Below are positions 1 to 9,647 of a stretch of 64,000 nt of DNA, in pieces (the first letter of the stretch is position 1; each line of letters starts with the position of its first letter). The translations under genes and the position numbers were made by a program. This DNA is from an uncultured Planctomycetia bacterium (GTDB taxonomy: Bacteria > Omnitrophota > Gorgyraeia > Tantalellales > Tantalellaceae), in contig CAZGQR010000004.1 in NCBI GenBank assembly GCA_964527765.1, positions 64,083 through 128,082 on the forward strand, read 5' to 3'. A model generated the notes under the pieces. It was not told where the DNA came from, made no database searches, and saw only the letters and a list, made by a program, of their open reading frames with translations.

Positions 1-28
1 CGCAAACGGTACAAAAAGGTGTGTTTTT

Positions 29-889
29 GTGCTTTGCTTTGCGCTTTGCGCCATGCTTCTGGCGGGTTGTTCCCGTGAAGTTCCTCCCGTCGAGATCAAC
101 GTTGACGCCGGTGCGGCGATGATAGCTGAAGCCAAGAACGGAAAGATACTGTTCGAAAAGAACCCGGACAGGAGGTTCCCCCCCGCATCTACGGCAAAGG
201 TCATGACGGCGATCGTCGCTATAGAGCGCATACCTCTCACAAAAGATATGGTTGTTTCCAGGAGGGCGGTCCGCGTTGCGCCGACAGTGGCGGGTCTAAG
301 GTCCGGGACAGAGTATCAGATGAGAGACCTCATCGACGCGATACTTATAAAATCGGCTAATGACGCGGCGGTCGTTATCGCCGAGGGGGTAGCCGGCAGC
401 GAGAAAGAATTTGCCCGCCTCATGAACGCGATGGCCAAAGAGCTCGGCATGGAGAACACCTATTTCGCGAACGCCACCGGCCTTCCCGCAGGCAAAAACG
501 ACCGGCAGTACACCACGGCGGAGGATCTTGTAAAAATGATGCGCTACGCCATGCGTTATAAGGTCATCCTGAAGGCGATGTCCAAAAAAGAGGCAGATAT
601 ATACGGCAGTGACGGGAGAAGGATACACCTGGGAACCCATAACAAGGCTCTTTTGCGGGATAGCGAAGCGCCATGGGGAAAGACGGGTTATACGAAGCAG
701 GCGAGGCGCACCTTTGTCGGGGTGGACCCTTCCCCGGACCCGCATATAACGTTCGCGCTTCTTCGTTCCGATGATCTCTGGAATGATATTACCACGCTTA
801 ACGACCGGGGGCTTGAGATCTACAGGAGGAACCACAGGACGCTTGTTTCCGATCTGGTCCGCTGGATAAGGTCCGAGAGAGAGAAGTGA
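29..889 (+). CDS. D-alanyl-D-alanine carboxypeptidase (peptidase S11), lipoprotein; may be 5'-truncated by the window edge
   Basis: SxxK (ASTAK), SxN (SAN) and KTG motifs; lipobox LAGC; the frame is open back to position 2. Confidence 0.9.
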   Translation: MLCFALCAMLLAGCSREVPPVEINVDAGAAMIAEAKNGKILFEKNPDRRFPPASTAKVMTAIVAIERIPLTKDMVVSRRAVRVAPTVAGLRSGTEYQMRDLIDAILIKSANDAAVVIAEGVAGSEKEFARLMNAMAKELGMENTYFANATGLPAGKNDRQYTTAEDLVKMMRYAMRYKVILKAMSKKEADIYGSDGRRIHLGTHNKALLRDSEAPWGKTGYTKQARRTFVGVDPSPDPHITFALLRSDDLWNDITTLNDRGLEIYRRNHRTLVSDLVRWIRSEREK

Positions 890-892
890 GGT

Positions 893-3800
893 ATGCAAAA
901 AAAACTTTCCGTTGCCTTTCTCTGGCACATGCACCAGCCGCTGTATAAAGACCTCGCCACGGGGAAATATCATCTTCCCTGGGTGAGGCTGCACTCGACG
1001 TATTCCTACCTTGATATGGTCAGCATACTTGACAGGTTCCCGCGCGCGAAAATGACCTTTAATTTTACGCCGTCCCTTATCCTGCAGCTGCTGGATATAT
1101 CCAAAGAGGGGCCCCTTGACGATATATATCTTCAATTGTCCGAGAAGAAAGCAACGCACCTGACCGACAGGGATAAATATTTCCTTCTTAAGAATTTTTT
1201 CTCGTGCGACCCGAAAAGAGCCATGACACCCTTCAAAAAATACAGGGACCTTTTTTCGAAAAGGGGGAATGATCTGCGGGAAGAAGAGCTCATCAGGAAA
1301 GCCGGGGATTTCAGCGTGTCTGACTTCAGGGACCTCCAGGTATTTTTTAACCTGGCCTGGTGCGGGTTCACATTGAGAGGCAAAGATCCCGTCGTAAGGG
1401 AACTTGTCCGTAAAGGCTCAAATTACACCGAGGATGACAAGACATCGCTTCTTAAGCGCCAGAGAGAAGTTGTCGCTTCGATCATACCTGCTTACAGGCG
1501 ATTGCAGGACGAAGGCAGGGCGGAGATATCGACATCGCCGTTCTATCACCCGATACTTCCTCTTCTCAGCCGCGGCCGGCCCGGAGATGGATCTGATCTT
1601 TCGAAGGATGCGAGAGATCAGGTAAGGAAAGCTATCGCCCTTTACGGGGAAGTGTTCGGCGCAAGGCCCGCCGGCATGTGGCCGCCGGAAGGAGGCGTAG
1701 ACCGGGAAACGGTGTCTCTCCTGGCGGGCGAAGGCATAAAGTGGGCCGCGGCTGACGAGAGTATTTTACTGGAATCCCTTGGAGGAAAGAACATCCCGGA
1801 AAAAGAGCTTGTTAACAGGGTTTATACGGTGAAAGAAGACGGCAGAGAGCTCGATATGGTCTTCAGGGATACGTACATCTCTAACGCGATAAGTTTCATG
1901 TACGCGTACATGCCGCCGAGAAAAGCGGCGGCGGATTTTCTCAGGAGCGTAAGAAAGGCAGCCAGAACCGCAGAGCCGCGCGAGGAAGGGAATATAGTCA
2001 CCGTCATATTGGACGGAGAGAACCCCTGGCCTTATTATGCGGACGGCGGCAAGAGATTCCTTTCGGATGTTTACGCGCAATTATCCTCGAGCAGGGAAAC
2101 AGAGCTCGTCACCATAAGCGGGTATCTCGGCTCCCACAAGGGCAGGGGCAGGATCAGCGAGCTTGCCAGCGGTTCGTGGATAGACCGCGATTTTGGCAGA
2201 TGGACAGGATCTCCCCAGAAGGACAGGGCCTGGGGATATTTGAAGGATGCAAGGAAAGAGCTGTTCAGTTCAGGACATCCGGACGCGGATGCCCTGGAAG
2301 AACTGTATGCAGCGGAGGGAAGCGACTGGTTCTGGTGGTATGACGATTTCGGGAGCGAGCTGAATTTCGTATTCGACGAGCTTTTCAGGCTGCACCTGTC
2401 AAATACCTACACCCTTACGGGGCGAAAAGCTCCTCATTATCTTGCCAGACCGGTGCCGGCAGGTCCGTCTATCCGGAAACTGCCCGGAGCGGGAGCTCCT
2501 GTCATCCCGGCAGCCCGCCCCCGGAAGGTCCTCATAGTGTCGTCTGAGGCCGTTCCCTTCGCCAAGACAGGCGGCCTGGCGGATGTCGCCGGGAGCCTCT
2601 CGCAGGAACTGGTATCTCTCGGCTGCGATGCAAGGGTCATCATGCCGCTCTACAAGTGCGTTACGGAAGGCAATTTCAAGATAACCAGGGAAAAGGCCGG
2701 CATCAGACACCGGGCCCTGGGCATAAAGCGCCCGTTCGATCTTTATTCGGGCCGGACCGGTAAGGTCGCTGCTTATTTCGTGAAGAACCAGAGGTATTTC
2801 GCAAGGGACGGATTGTACGGCACGCCTGAAGGGGGTTACCGGGATAACGGCCTGAGGTTCGGTTTTTTCTCAAAAGCGGTCCTGTCAGCTATCAAAGCGA
2901 TCGATTTCAAGCCCGATATCATACATTGCAATGACTGGCAATCGGCGCTTGTCCCGTTCTATTTAAGGTTCAAGCTTGCGGATGACGAATTTTACCGGGG
3001 CATCAAAACACTCTTCACCATACACAATATGGCGTACCAGGGCGTTTTCAGCAAAAGGATCATGCGCGGGATCGGCATACCGGGAAGTTTCTTTGATATA
3101 GACGGCCTGGAGTTTTACGGGAAGCTGAACTTCATGAAATCCGGGATACTTTATTCGGATGCCGTCAGCACGGTAAGCCATCGTTACGCCGAAGAGATAA
3201 TGATGCCGGAATACGGCTCCGGCCTTGACGGATTTCTGCGGACCAGGAAAGAGGGTATCTACGGCATACCTAACGGCGCGGATTATTCAGTGTGGAGCCC
3301 GGAAAGAGACAGCTTTCTGAAAGTCAATTACGGCGCCGGGGACGTAGAAAAGAAGATCGAATGCAAGAAGGACCTGCTTGAATATACCCGCCTGCCGCTT
3401 CCGGTCGAAACGCCCTTACTCGGTTGCATCAGCAGGCTTGCCGATCAGAAGGGGATGGACCTTCTGGCCGGCATAATGGACAGGATCATCGGGCTGAACG
3501 CCGGCGTGGTGATCCTCGGCAGCGGCAGCAGGTATTACAATGAGCTTTTCGCAGGATTGGCCGGGAAGTATCCCCGGAATATCTATGTGTGCAGCGACTT
3601 CAATGACGAACTTGCCCATAAAATAGAGGCGGGATGCGACATGTTCGTCATGCCTTCCCGTTATGAACCCTGCGGTCTCAACCAGATGTACAGCATAAAA
3701 TACGGCACAATACCGATAGTGAGGGCCACCGGCGGCCTTGATGACGTCATCGTGGACCTCGATGACGACAATGAGAACGGGAACGGCTTTAAATTCAAAC

Positions 3801-3967
3801 CGGCGACCAAAGACGCTCTTTATCGGACCATAGAAAGGGCCGTTCGCCTGTATCGTGAAGATAAGACCTTATGGCAGAAACTAATGGTCCGCGCCATGGG
3901 TTATGATTTCTCATGGGCGCATTCAGCCAGGCAATACCTGGAACTGTACGGAAAGCTTATATCTTAA
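893..3967 (+). CDS. glgA: Fusion: N-terminal GH57 (amylopullulanase-like) domain + C-terminal glycogen synthase (GT5)
   Basis: GH57 motifs HMHQP, WPPEGG, LDGENPW, AEGSDWFWW; Pro/Ala linker; GlgA motifs KTGGL, HCNDWQ, TIHN, PSRYEPCGL. Confidence 0.92.
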   Translation: MQKKLSVAFLWHMHQPLYKDLATGKYHLPWVRLHSTYSYLDMVSILDRFPRAKMTFNFTPSLILQLLDISKEGPLDDIYLQLSEKKATHLTDRDKYFLLKNFFSCDPKRAMTPFKKYRDLFSKRGNDLREEELIRKAGDFSVSDFRDLQVFFNLAWCGFTLRGKDPVVRELVRKGSNYTEDDKTSLLKRQREVVASIIPAYRRLQDEGRAEISTSPFYHPILPLLSRGRPGDGSDLSKDARDQVRKAIALYGEVFGARPAGMWPPEGGVDRETVSLLAGEGIKWAAADESILLESLGGKNIPEKELVNRVYTVKEDGRELDMVFRDTYISNAISFMYAYMPPRKAAADFLRSVRKAARTAEPREEGNIVTVILDGENPWPYYADGGKRFLSDVYAQLSSSRETELVTISGYLGSHKGRGRISELASGSWIDRDFGRWTGSPQKDRAWGYLKDARKELFSSGHPDADALEELYAAEGSDWFWWYDDFGSELNFVFDELFRLHLSNTYTLTGRKAPHYLARPVPAGPSIRKLPGAGAPVIPAARPRKVLIVSSEAVPFAKTGGLADVAGSLSQELVSLGCDARVIMPLYKCVTEGNFKITREKAGIRHRALGIKRPFDLYSGRTGKVAAYFVKNQRYFARDGLYGTPEGGYRDNGLRFGFFSKAVLSAIKAIDFKPDIIHCNDWQSALVPFYLRFKLADDEFYRGIKTLFTIHNMAYQGVFSKRIMRGIGIPGSFFDIDGLEFYGKLNFMKSGILYSDAVSTVSHRYAEEIMMPEYGSGLDGFLRTRKEGIYGIPNGADYSVWSPERDSFLKVNYGAGDVEKKIECKKDLLEYTRLPLPVETPLLGCISRLADQKGMDLLAGIMDRIIGLNAGVVILGSGSRYYNELFAGLAGKYPRNIYVCSDFNDELAHKIEAGCDMFVMPSRYEPCGLNQMYSIKYGTIPIVRATGGLDDVIVDLDDDNENGNGFKFKPATKDALYRTIERAVRLYREDKTLWQKLMVRAMGYDFSWAHSARQYLELYGKLIS

Positions 3968-4022
3968 CAGGGGTGAATGTTCGCAGCACGGGCACGCCCT
4001 GTAAAAGCTGAAAGGAAACACC

Positions 4023-6152
4023 GTGAAGGCTGATTTCGCGATCGTCCTGCATTTTCACCAGCCGGTAGGGAATTTTGACCATGTCATCAATGAGGCATGC
4101 GATAAGTGCTATGTCCCGTTCCTTGAGACTTTGAGAAAATACCCGGCTATAAAGATGACCCTGCATTTCAGCGGTTGTCTTCTCGAATGGGCCGAGCAGA
4201 AAAAGCCCGAGATACTCGGGATGGTCCGGGAAATCGCGGAAACCGGGCAGGTCGAGATAATGAGCGGGGGTTTTTACGAGCCGATCCTTCCGGTGATACC
4301 CCCGGGGGACGGCTTGGCCCAGATCAGGATGTTGAACGAGTACGTGAGGTCGAAATTTTCATGCGAGGCGAAAGGGGCCTGGATAGCTGAGCGCGTATGG
4401 GAGCCCTCGCTGCCTTCCGTATTGCACGATGCCGGGATAGAGTATGTCGTGTTGGATGACACGCATTTCATTTATTCCGGCATTTCCAAAGAGAAGACCT
4501 ACGGTTATTATATCACGGAGGATAATGCCAGAGGAGTGGCTGTTTTCCCTTCGGATAAGATCCTGCGATATTACATTCCCTTCAAGGCGCCGTCCGAAAG
4601 CATGGATTACATGCGAAGCGTCCTCCGGGGAAAAGATAACCTGCTTTTCGTCTACGGCGACGACGGCGAAAAATTCGGAGAGTGGCCCGGAACGCACAAA
4701 TGGGTGTTCGAAGAAAAATGGCTGGAAAGATTTTTCGGCGAGATCATACAGAACAAGGACTGGTTGGATACCGTAAAGCTGTCCGAATGTCTTAGGAAAA
4801 GACCTCCTGAAGGGAGAGTGTACCTGCCCGCGGCTTCTTATGAAGAAATGCTCAAGTGGGCGCTTCCGGCCGAAGCTGCGCAGCAAATGGAGAACGCACT
4901 CGAAGACCTGCGGCAGTCGGGCAAGGAAGATCTGTACAGGCCTTTTATCAGGGGAGGATTCTGGCGGAACTTCCTGGCAAAATACCCCGAATCCGACCAT
5001 ATGAACAAGAAGATGGTCTATGTAAGCGGGAAACTGGAAAGGCTCCGCGCCGGAAGAAAAGCAAGACCGCCCCTGGCGGCGGCGGAAAAGGACCTTTTCC
5101 GAGGACAGTGCAACTGTGCTTACTGGCACGGTATATACGGCGGATTGTACCTGTTCCATATCAGGAAAGCCGTTTATCACCACCTGATCAGGAGCGAGGT
5201 CCTGATGGACAGGGTGCGTTACGGCAGGAGGCAGTTCTGCGCGGCGGATGTTTCTGATGTGGACGCTGACGGTCTCGATGAAGTGATACTGGAGAACAGG
5301 GAAGTATCGCTGTATTTTGCCCCCGCCGAAGGCGGAATATTAAAAGAGCTTGACTCAAAACCGGCCTGTCAGAATCTTATAAATTCTCTTGCCCGCAGGA
5401 AAGAGGCGTATCACGGCAAGATCCTGGAGAAGATCAGGCGCGCCGGGGTGGAAGAAACGGACAAGGTCAGGACCATACATGATGATGTCCAGGCGGCTGA
5501 CGCCCGGCTTAAGGATCATCTGTATTATGACCGGTACGGCCGTTACAGTCTTATCGATCATTTTTTCGGCAGCGATGTGGATATTGAAGCGTTCTCCCGC
5601 TGTGCTTATGAGGAAGCCGGTGATTTCATAAGAGGGATCTATGACTTTGAAGTAAAGAAGACCCGCAGGGGGATCATGCTGGTCATGCAAAGAGAAGGAC
5701 TGGCGGGCGGTTCCGGAGTTCATGTGGCGAAAGAGATATTTCTACCCGCCAGGGACGCTTCTTTTAAAGTCCGATACAGGATCGTCAACAGGGCCGACGG
5801 GGAAATGGATCTTGTTTTCGGTCCGGAATTCAACGTGACCATGCCCGATGCTGACGCGGAAAAATATTCCCTGGTCATTAATGGCGACGAAAAGCATCAC
5901 GAACTCGGCGATATGGTCCGGCACGAAGGCGCGCGAAGGATAGAGATCCGGGATGCCGACAGGCAGCTGTCGTTTGAGATGGTACTCGGCGAGGAATGTC
6001 CCCTCTGGCACTTTCCCGTAAGAACGGTGTCGCAATCGGAAAAAGCGTACGAGCTTCATTATCAGAGTTCGGTGCTGCTGCCGCGCATCAGGCTGAAACT
6101 CGGTGCCGGGGAAGAGAAACGATTTGACCTGGGGATCAAACTGCTCCATTGA
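4023..6152 (+). CDS. GH57 alpha-amylase/4-alpha-glucanotransferase
   Basis: HFHQP, WIAERVWEP, DDGEKFG, QCNCAYWHG; C-terminal beta-sandwich ending in VSQSE..YQ; GTG start with RBS AAAGGA. Confidence 0.9.
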   Translation: MKADFAIVLHFHQPVGNFDHVINEACDKCYVPFLETLRKYPAIKMTLHFSGCLLEWAEQKKPEILGMVREIAETGQVEIMSGGFYEPILPVIPPGDGLAQIRMLNEYVRSKFSCEAKGAWIAERVWEPSLPSVLHDAGIEYVVLDDTHFIYSGISKEKTYGYYITEDNARGVAVFPSDKILRYYIPFKAPSESMDYMRSVLRGKDNLLFVYGDDGEKFGEWPGTHKWVFEEKWLERFFGEIIQNKDWLDTVKLSECLRKRPPEGRVYLPAASYEEMLKWALPAEAAQQMENALEDLRQSGKEDLYRPFIRGGFWRNFLAKYPESDHMNKKMVYVSGKLERLRAGRKARPPLAAAEKDLFRGQCNCAYWHGIYGGLYLFHIRKAVYHHLIRSEVLMDRVRYGRRQFCAADVSDVDADGLDEVILENREVSLYFAPAEGGILKELDSKPACQNLINSLARRKEAYHGKILEKIRRAGVEETDKVRTIHDDVQAADARLKDHLYYDRYGRYSLIDHFFGSDVDIEAFSRCAYEEAGDFIRGIYDFEVKKTRRGIMLVMQREGLAGGSGVHVAKEIFLPARDASFKVRYRIVNRADGEMDLVFGPEFNVTMPDADAEKYSLVINGDEKHHELGDMVRHEGARRIEIRDADRQLSFEMVLGEECPLWHFPVRTVSQSEKAYELHYQSSVLLPRIRLKLGAGEEKRFDLGIKLLH

Positions 6153-6198
6153 CCGGATAGGTACGCGTCGGCTGATCTCTTTGCCCGCAAAATATCTG

Positions 6199-6228
6199 TT
6201 GACATTATTTAACGGCAGGAGTTAAAAT
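6199..6228 (+). promoter_or_regulatory. Putative sigma70 promoter for the DUF4912-like/branching enzyme/glgC genes
   Basis: TTGACA (6199-6204), 18-bp spacer, TAAAAT (6223-6228) in an AT-rich intergenic gap; RBS TAAGGAG before 6281. Confidence 0.6.
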
Positions 6229-6280
6229 TTAACATCACTCTTGCCTTATTATAACTTAGACGGTAAATATAAGGAGCTAA

Positions 6281-6721
6281 ATGGGACACCCTGATCTTCC
6301 GCATTATTATGGCGATAATAAGATCATCCTGATGGTAAGGGATCCGTGGACGATCTACGCGTACTGGGAGGTAAAGAAAGACATTGAGGATGAGGCGCGG
6401 GAAAAGATGCGAAGAAGAGGACTTGATATCTCAAGGAATATCTTGCGCGTATATGACGTGACGGAAAATGATCCGGACCTGGATCCCAAAGTGGTCTTTG
6501 ATCTTGAGCTGAATGGTCGGGCAGGCGACTGGTATATCCACGCCGTGCGCCCGGGAAGAGAATGGATGGTTGACATAGGAATACTCTCCACGAGAGGTGA
6601 TTTCTTCCGGCTTGCCAGGTCCAATGCGGTCAGGACTCCCGTTCACGACATGCCATATCCGTACGACGAAAATAGCGCCACCTCCGGGCTGTTTCGCGGT
6701 GCCAGTTCATTTGAGCGATAG
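6281..6721 (+). CDS. DUF4912-like protein
   Basis: LPxxYG...LMVRDPWTIYAYWE, LRVYDVT, ARSNAVRTP pattern; usual neighbour of GH57 branching enzymes. Confidence 0.8.
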   Translation: MGHPDLPHYYGDNKIILMVRDPWTIYAYWEVKKDIEDEAREKMRRRGLDISRNILRVYDVTENDPDLDPKVVFDLELNGRAGDWYIHAVRPGREWMVDIGILSTRGDFFRLARSNAVRTPVHDMPYPYDENSATSGLFRGASSFER

Positions 6722-6730
6722 AAAGTAAAT

Positions 6731-8320
6731 ATGCCAAAGGGTTATCTAGCTTTAGTATTGCACGCTCACCTGCCTTTTATAAGGCATCCGGAACACGAAA
6801 GTTTTCTTGAGGAAAACTGGCTGTTCGAATCCATGACCGATGCCTATATCCCGCTCATTAACGTGTTTGACAGGCTTATAGGCGACGGTGTGGATTTCCG
6901 GGTCACGATCTCCCTGAGCCCCACGCTTATTAACATGCTGAGGGACGGACTTCTCATGTCGAGATATCTGATGTATCTGGATAAATCGATATCGCTCAGC
7001 AGGCTTGAAGTTGAAAGGACACGGTCGGATAAACGCATCAATGACCTGGCCTTGATGTACCTCGAGAGGTTTGAGCGGGCAAAATATACATTTTCGGAAA
7101 GCTGCGGCGGTGACCTCATAGGCGCGTTCAAAAGATTCCAGGACGCGGGAAAGATCGAGATCATCACATCTTGCGCCACGCACGGGTACCTGCCTCTCAT
7201 GGACCTTCACAGACCCGCAGTAAAAGCGCAGGTGGCTGTTGCGGTGGATGTGTATAAGGACGTTTTCGGCCGCGCCCCCAAAGGCATGTGGCTTCCCGAA
7301 TGCGGTTATTATCCCGGCCACGACGAAATACTGAAAGAATTCGGCATCCGGTATTTCTTCGTGGACACTCACGGGATACTGCTGGGGACCCCGAAGCCCG
7401 CGCCTTTCGGCGTCTATAGTCCGTACCTGTGCAAGTCGGGCGTTGCCGTTTTCGGAAGGGACATGGAAAGCTCCAAGGCGGTGTGGAGCGCCGAAGAAGG
7501 TTATCCCGGCGATCATAACTACAGGGAATATTACAGGGATATAGGCTTTGACCTGGATTATGATTATATCAGGCCTTTCATCAATGGTTGCGGGACCCGG
7601 ACGAACACTGGCATAAAATACCACAGGATAACCGGTAAAACTGACCATAAGGACATCTACGACAGAGAAGCGGCGCTGGATACAGCCCGGGGTCATGCGG
7701 GTAACTTCATGTTCAACAGGGAAAAACAGGCGGAATACCTCGCCGGCACTATGGACAGGGCCCCCGTGATCGTCTCACCTTATGATGCCGAGCTTTTCGG
7801 GCACTGGTGGTTCGAGGGGCCGGAATGGCTGGAATTTCTCCTGCGCGGGATGTATCATGGCCGGAGCGCCGTGGAGACCATTACGCCCGGCGGCTATCTG
7901 GAGCTTTACGGGGAATACCCTGTTATAACGCCTTCGGAGTCCAGCTGGGGCTGGAAGGGGTACAGCGAAGTATGGCTGGACGGTTCCAACGACTGGATAT
8001 ACAGGCATCTTCACAAGATGATGGAGCTTATGACCCGCGCCGCCGCGGATCATAAAGACGCTGCCGGACTTGACAGGAGACTGCTCAACCAGATGGCCAG
8101 GGAATTGCTTCTCGCCCAGTCAAGCGACTGGGCGTTCATCATGAAAACCGGCACGTTCACGGATTATGCGGCCGGCAGGACCAAGGAGCATATCAAGAGA
8201 TTTTTTGCCCTGTATGACCAGTTGGGCAAGGGTGAGGTGGACGCGGCTTTACTGGAAGAAGCCGAGGGCAGATATAACGTGTTCAAGGACATCGATTACA
8301 GTGTTTATGCGGGAGTTTGA
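6731..8320 (+). CDS. GH57 1,4-alpha-glucan branching enzyme
   Basis: HAHLP, WLPECGY, PYDAELFGHWWFEG, AQSSDWAF. Confidence 0.92.
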   Translation: MPKGYLALVLHAHLPFIRHPEHESFLEENWLFESMTDAYIPLINVFDRLIGDGVDFRVTISLSPTLINMLRDGLLMSRYLMYLDKSISLSRLEVERTRSDKRINDLALMYLERFERAKYTFSESCGGDLIGAFKRFQDAGKIEIITSCATHGYLPLMDLHRPAVKAQVAVAVDVYKDVFGRAPKGMWLPECGYYPGHDEILKEFGIRYFFVDTHGILLGTPKPAPFGVYSPYLCKSGVAVFGRDMESSKAVWSAEEGYPGDHNYREYYRDIGFDLDYDYIRPFINGCGTRTNTGIKYHRITGKTDHKDIYDREAALDTARGHAGNFMFNREKQAEYLAGTMDRAPVIVSPYDAELFGHWWFEGPEWLEFLLRGMYHGRSAVETITPGGYLELYGEYPVITPSESSWGWKGYSEVWLDGSNDWIYRHLHKMMELMTRAAADHKDAAGLDRRLLNQMARELLLAQSSDWAFIMKTGTFTDYAAGRTKEHIKRFFALYDQLGKGEVDAALLEEAEGRYNVFKDIDYSVYAGV

Positions 8321-8355
8321 CCGGAAGCGGCCGGCATTAGCGCGGCTACTTCCGG
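8321..8355 (+). other. Intergenic GC-rich stem-loop without a U-tract
   Basis: CCGGAAG..GGCCG-GC-ATTA-GC..CGGCT..CTTCCGG immediately after the branching-enzyme stop codon. Confidence 0.55.
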
Positions 8356-8377
8356 CGAGCCCGGAGGGATAATCATT

Positions 8378-9631
8378 ATGGAAGAAGCACTTTGTGTCAT
8401 CCTTGGAGGGGGCAGGGGAACGCGGCTTTATCCGCTTACCAAGGAAAGGTGTAAACCCGCGGTCCCCCTGTTCGGAAAATACAGGCTGATAGATGTGCCT
8501 GTCAGCAATTGTCTTAATTCGGGGTTCAACCGCATTTACATACTTACCCAGTTCCTGTCCGAATCGCTGAACAAGCATATAAGCCGCACATATAATATGG
8601 ACCCTTTCAGCAAGGGGTTTATCGAGATAATGGCCGCGGAACAGTCCATGGACGACACGGACTGGTTCCAGGGGACAGCCGATGCGGTCAGGCGCTGTCT
8701 CAAGCATTTTAATGACCCCGCCGTCAAATACATATTTGTCCTGTCCGGCGACCAGTTATATAAAATGGACCTGAGGGACATGTATCGCTACCACCTTGAA
8801 AAGAAAGCGGAGCTGACGATCGCCTGCAATTACGTGGAGCCGCAAAAGGTATCCGAGTTCGGGATAATGGACATAAATGACGATGCCAGGATAACCGGGT
8901 TTGTGGAGAAACCGAAAGACCGCTCAAAGATAGGAGATATGGCCGTAAAATACAACGGCAGGGAACATTTCCTTGGTTCAATGGGCATATACCTGTTCAA
9001 TAAACCGGCTTTGATAGAACTTCTCACCGAGGACAAAAAAGCCGATTTCGGATGGGAAATAATACCCGACGCGATACATGCCAAACCGACATACGCTTTT
9101 CGTTTCGGCGGTTACTGGCACGATATCGGGACCATAAAGACTTTTTACGAGGAGAACCTTTCTCTTACCGAGTCGCTTCCGCCTCTCGACATGTTCAATG
9201 AAAATTGGCTGATATTCACCAGGCCGCGTTATCTCCCCCCCGCGAAATTCAAGAACAGCTGCATAGAGAGGAGCATCGTCGCCGAAGGCGCGATAGTCCT
9301 CTCATCCAAAATAGTGCATTCGATCATAGGCCTCAGGTTCAGGGTAGGTACGGATTCGACGATCGAGGATACCGTGGTGATGGGCTGCGATTATTACGAG
9401 ACAATGGATGAGATCGAGGAAAACAGGTCCAGGGGGATACCGCCTCTGGGGGTCGGAAAAGATTGCCTGATAAAAAAGGCCATACTGGATAAGAATGTCA
9501 GGATAGGGGATAACGTCAGGATAATCAATACTAAAAAGCTGGACAACCATGACGATGCGAATTATGCCATAAGGGACGGGATAGTCATTATCGGCAAGAA
9601 TTCCGTTATTCCTTCCGGGACGGTTATTTAA
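8378..9631 (+). CDS. glgC: Glucose-1-phosphate adenylyltransferase
   Basis: GGGRGTRLYPLTKERCKPAVP, QGTADAVR, SMGIY; C-terminal beta-helix. Confidence 0.95.
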   Translation: MEEALCVILGGGRGTRLYPLTKERCKPAVPLFGKYRLIDVPVSNCLNSGFNRIYILTQFLSESLNKHISRTYNMDPFSKGFIEIMAAEQSMDDTDWFQGTADAVRRCLKHFNDPAVKYIFVLSGDQLYKMDLRDMYRYHLEKKAELTIACNYVEPQKVSEFGIMDINDDARITGFVEKPKDRSKIGDMAVKYNGREHFLGSMGIYLFNKPALIELLTEDKKADFGWEIIPDAIHAKPTYAFRFGGYWHDIGTIKTFYEENLSLTESLPPLDMFNENWLIFTRPRYLPPAKFKNSCIERSIVAEGAIVLSSKIVHSIIGLRFRVGTDSTIEDTVVMGCDYYETMDEIEENRSRGIPPLGVGKDCLIKKAILDKNVRIGDNVRIINTKKLDNHDDANYAIRDGIVIIGKNSVIPSGTVI

Positions 9632-9647
9632 GCAGAAAAGAGGAAAA

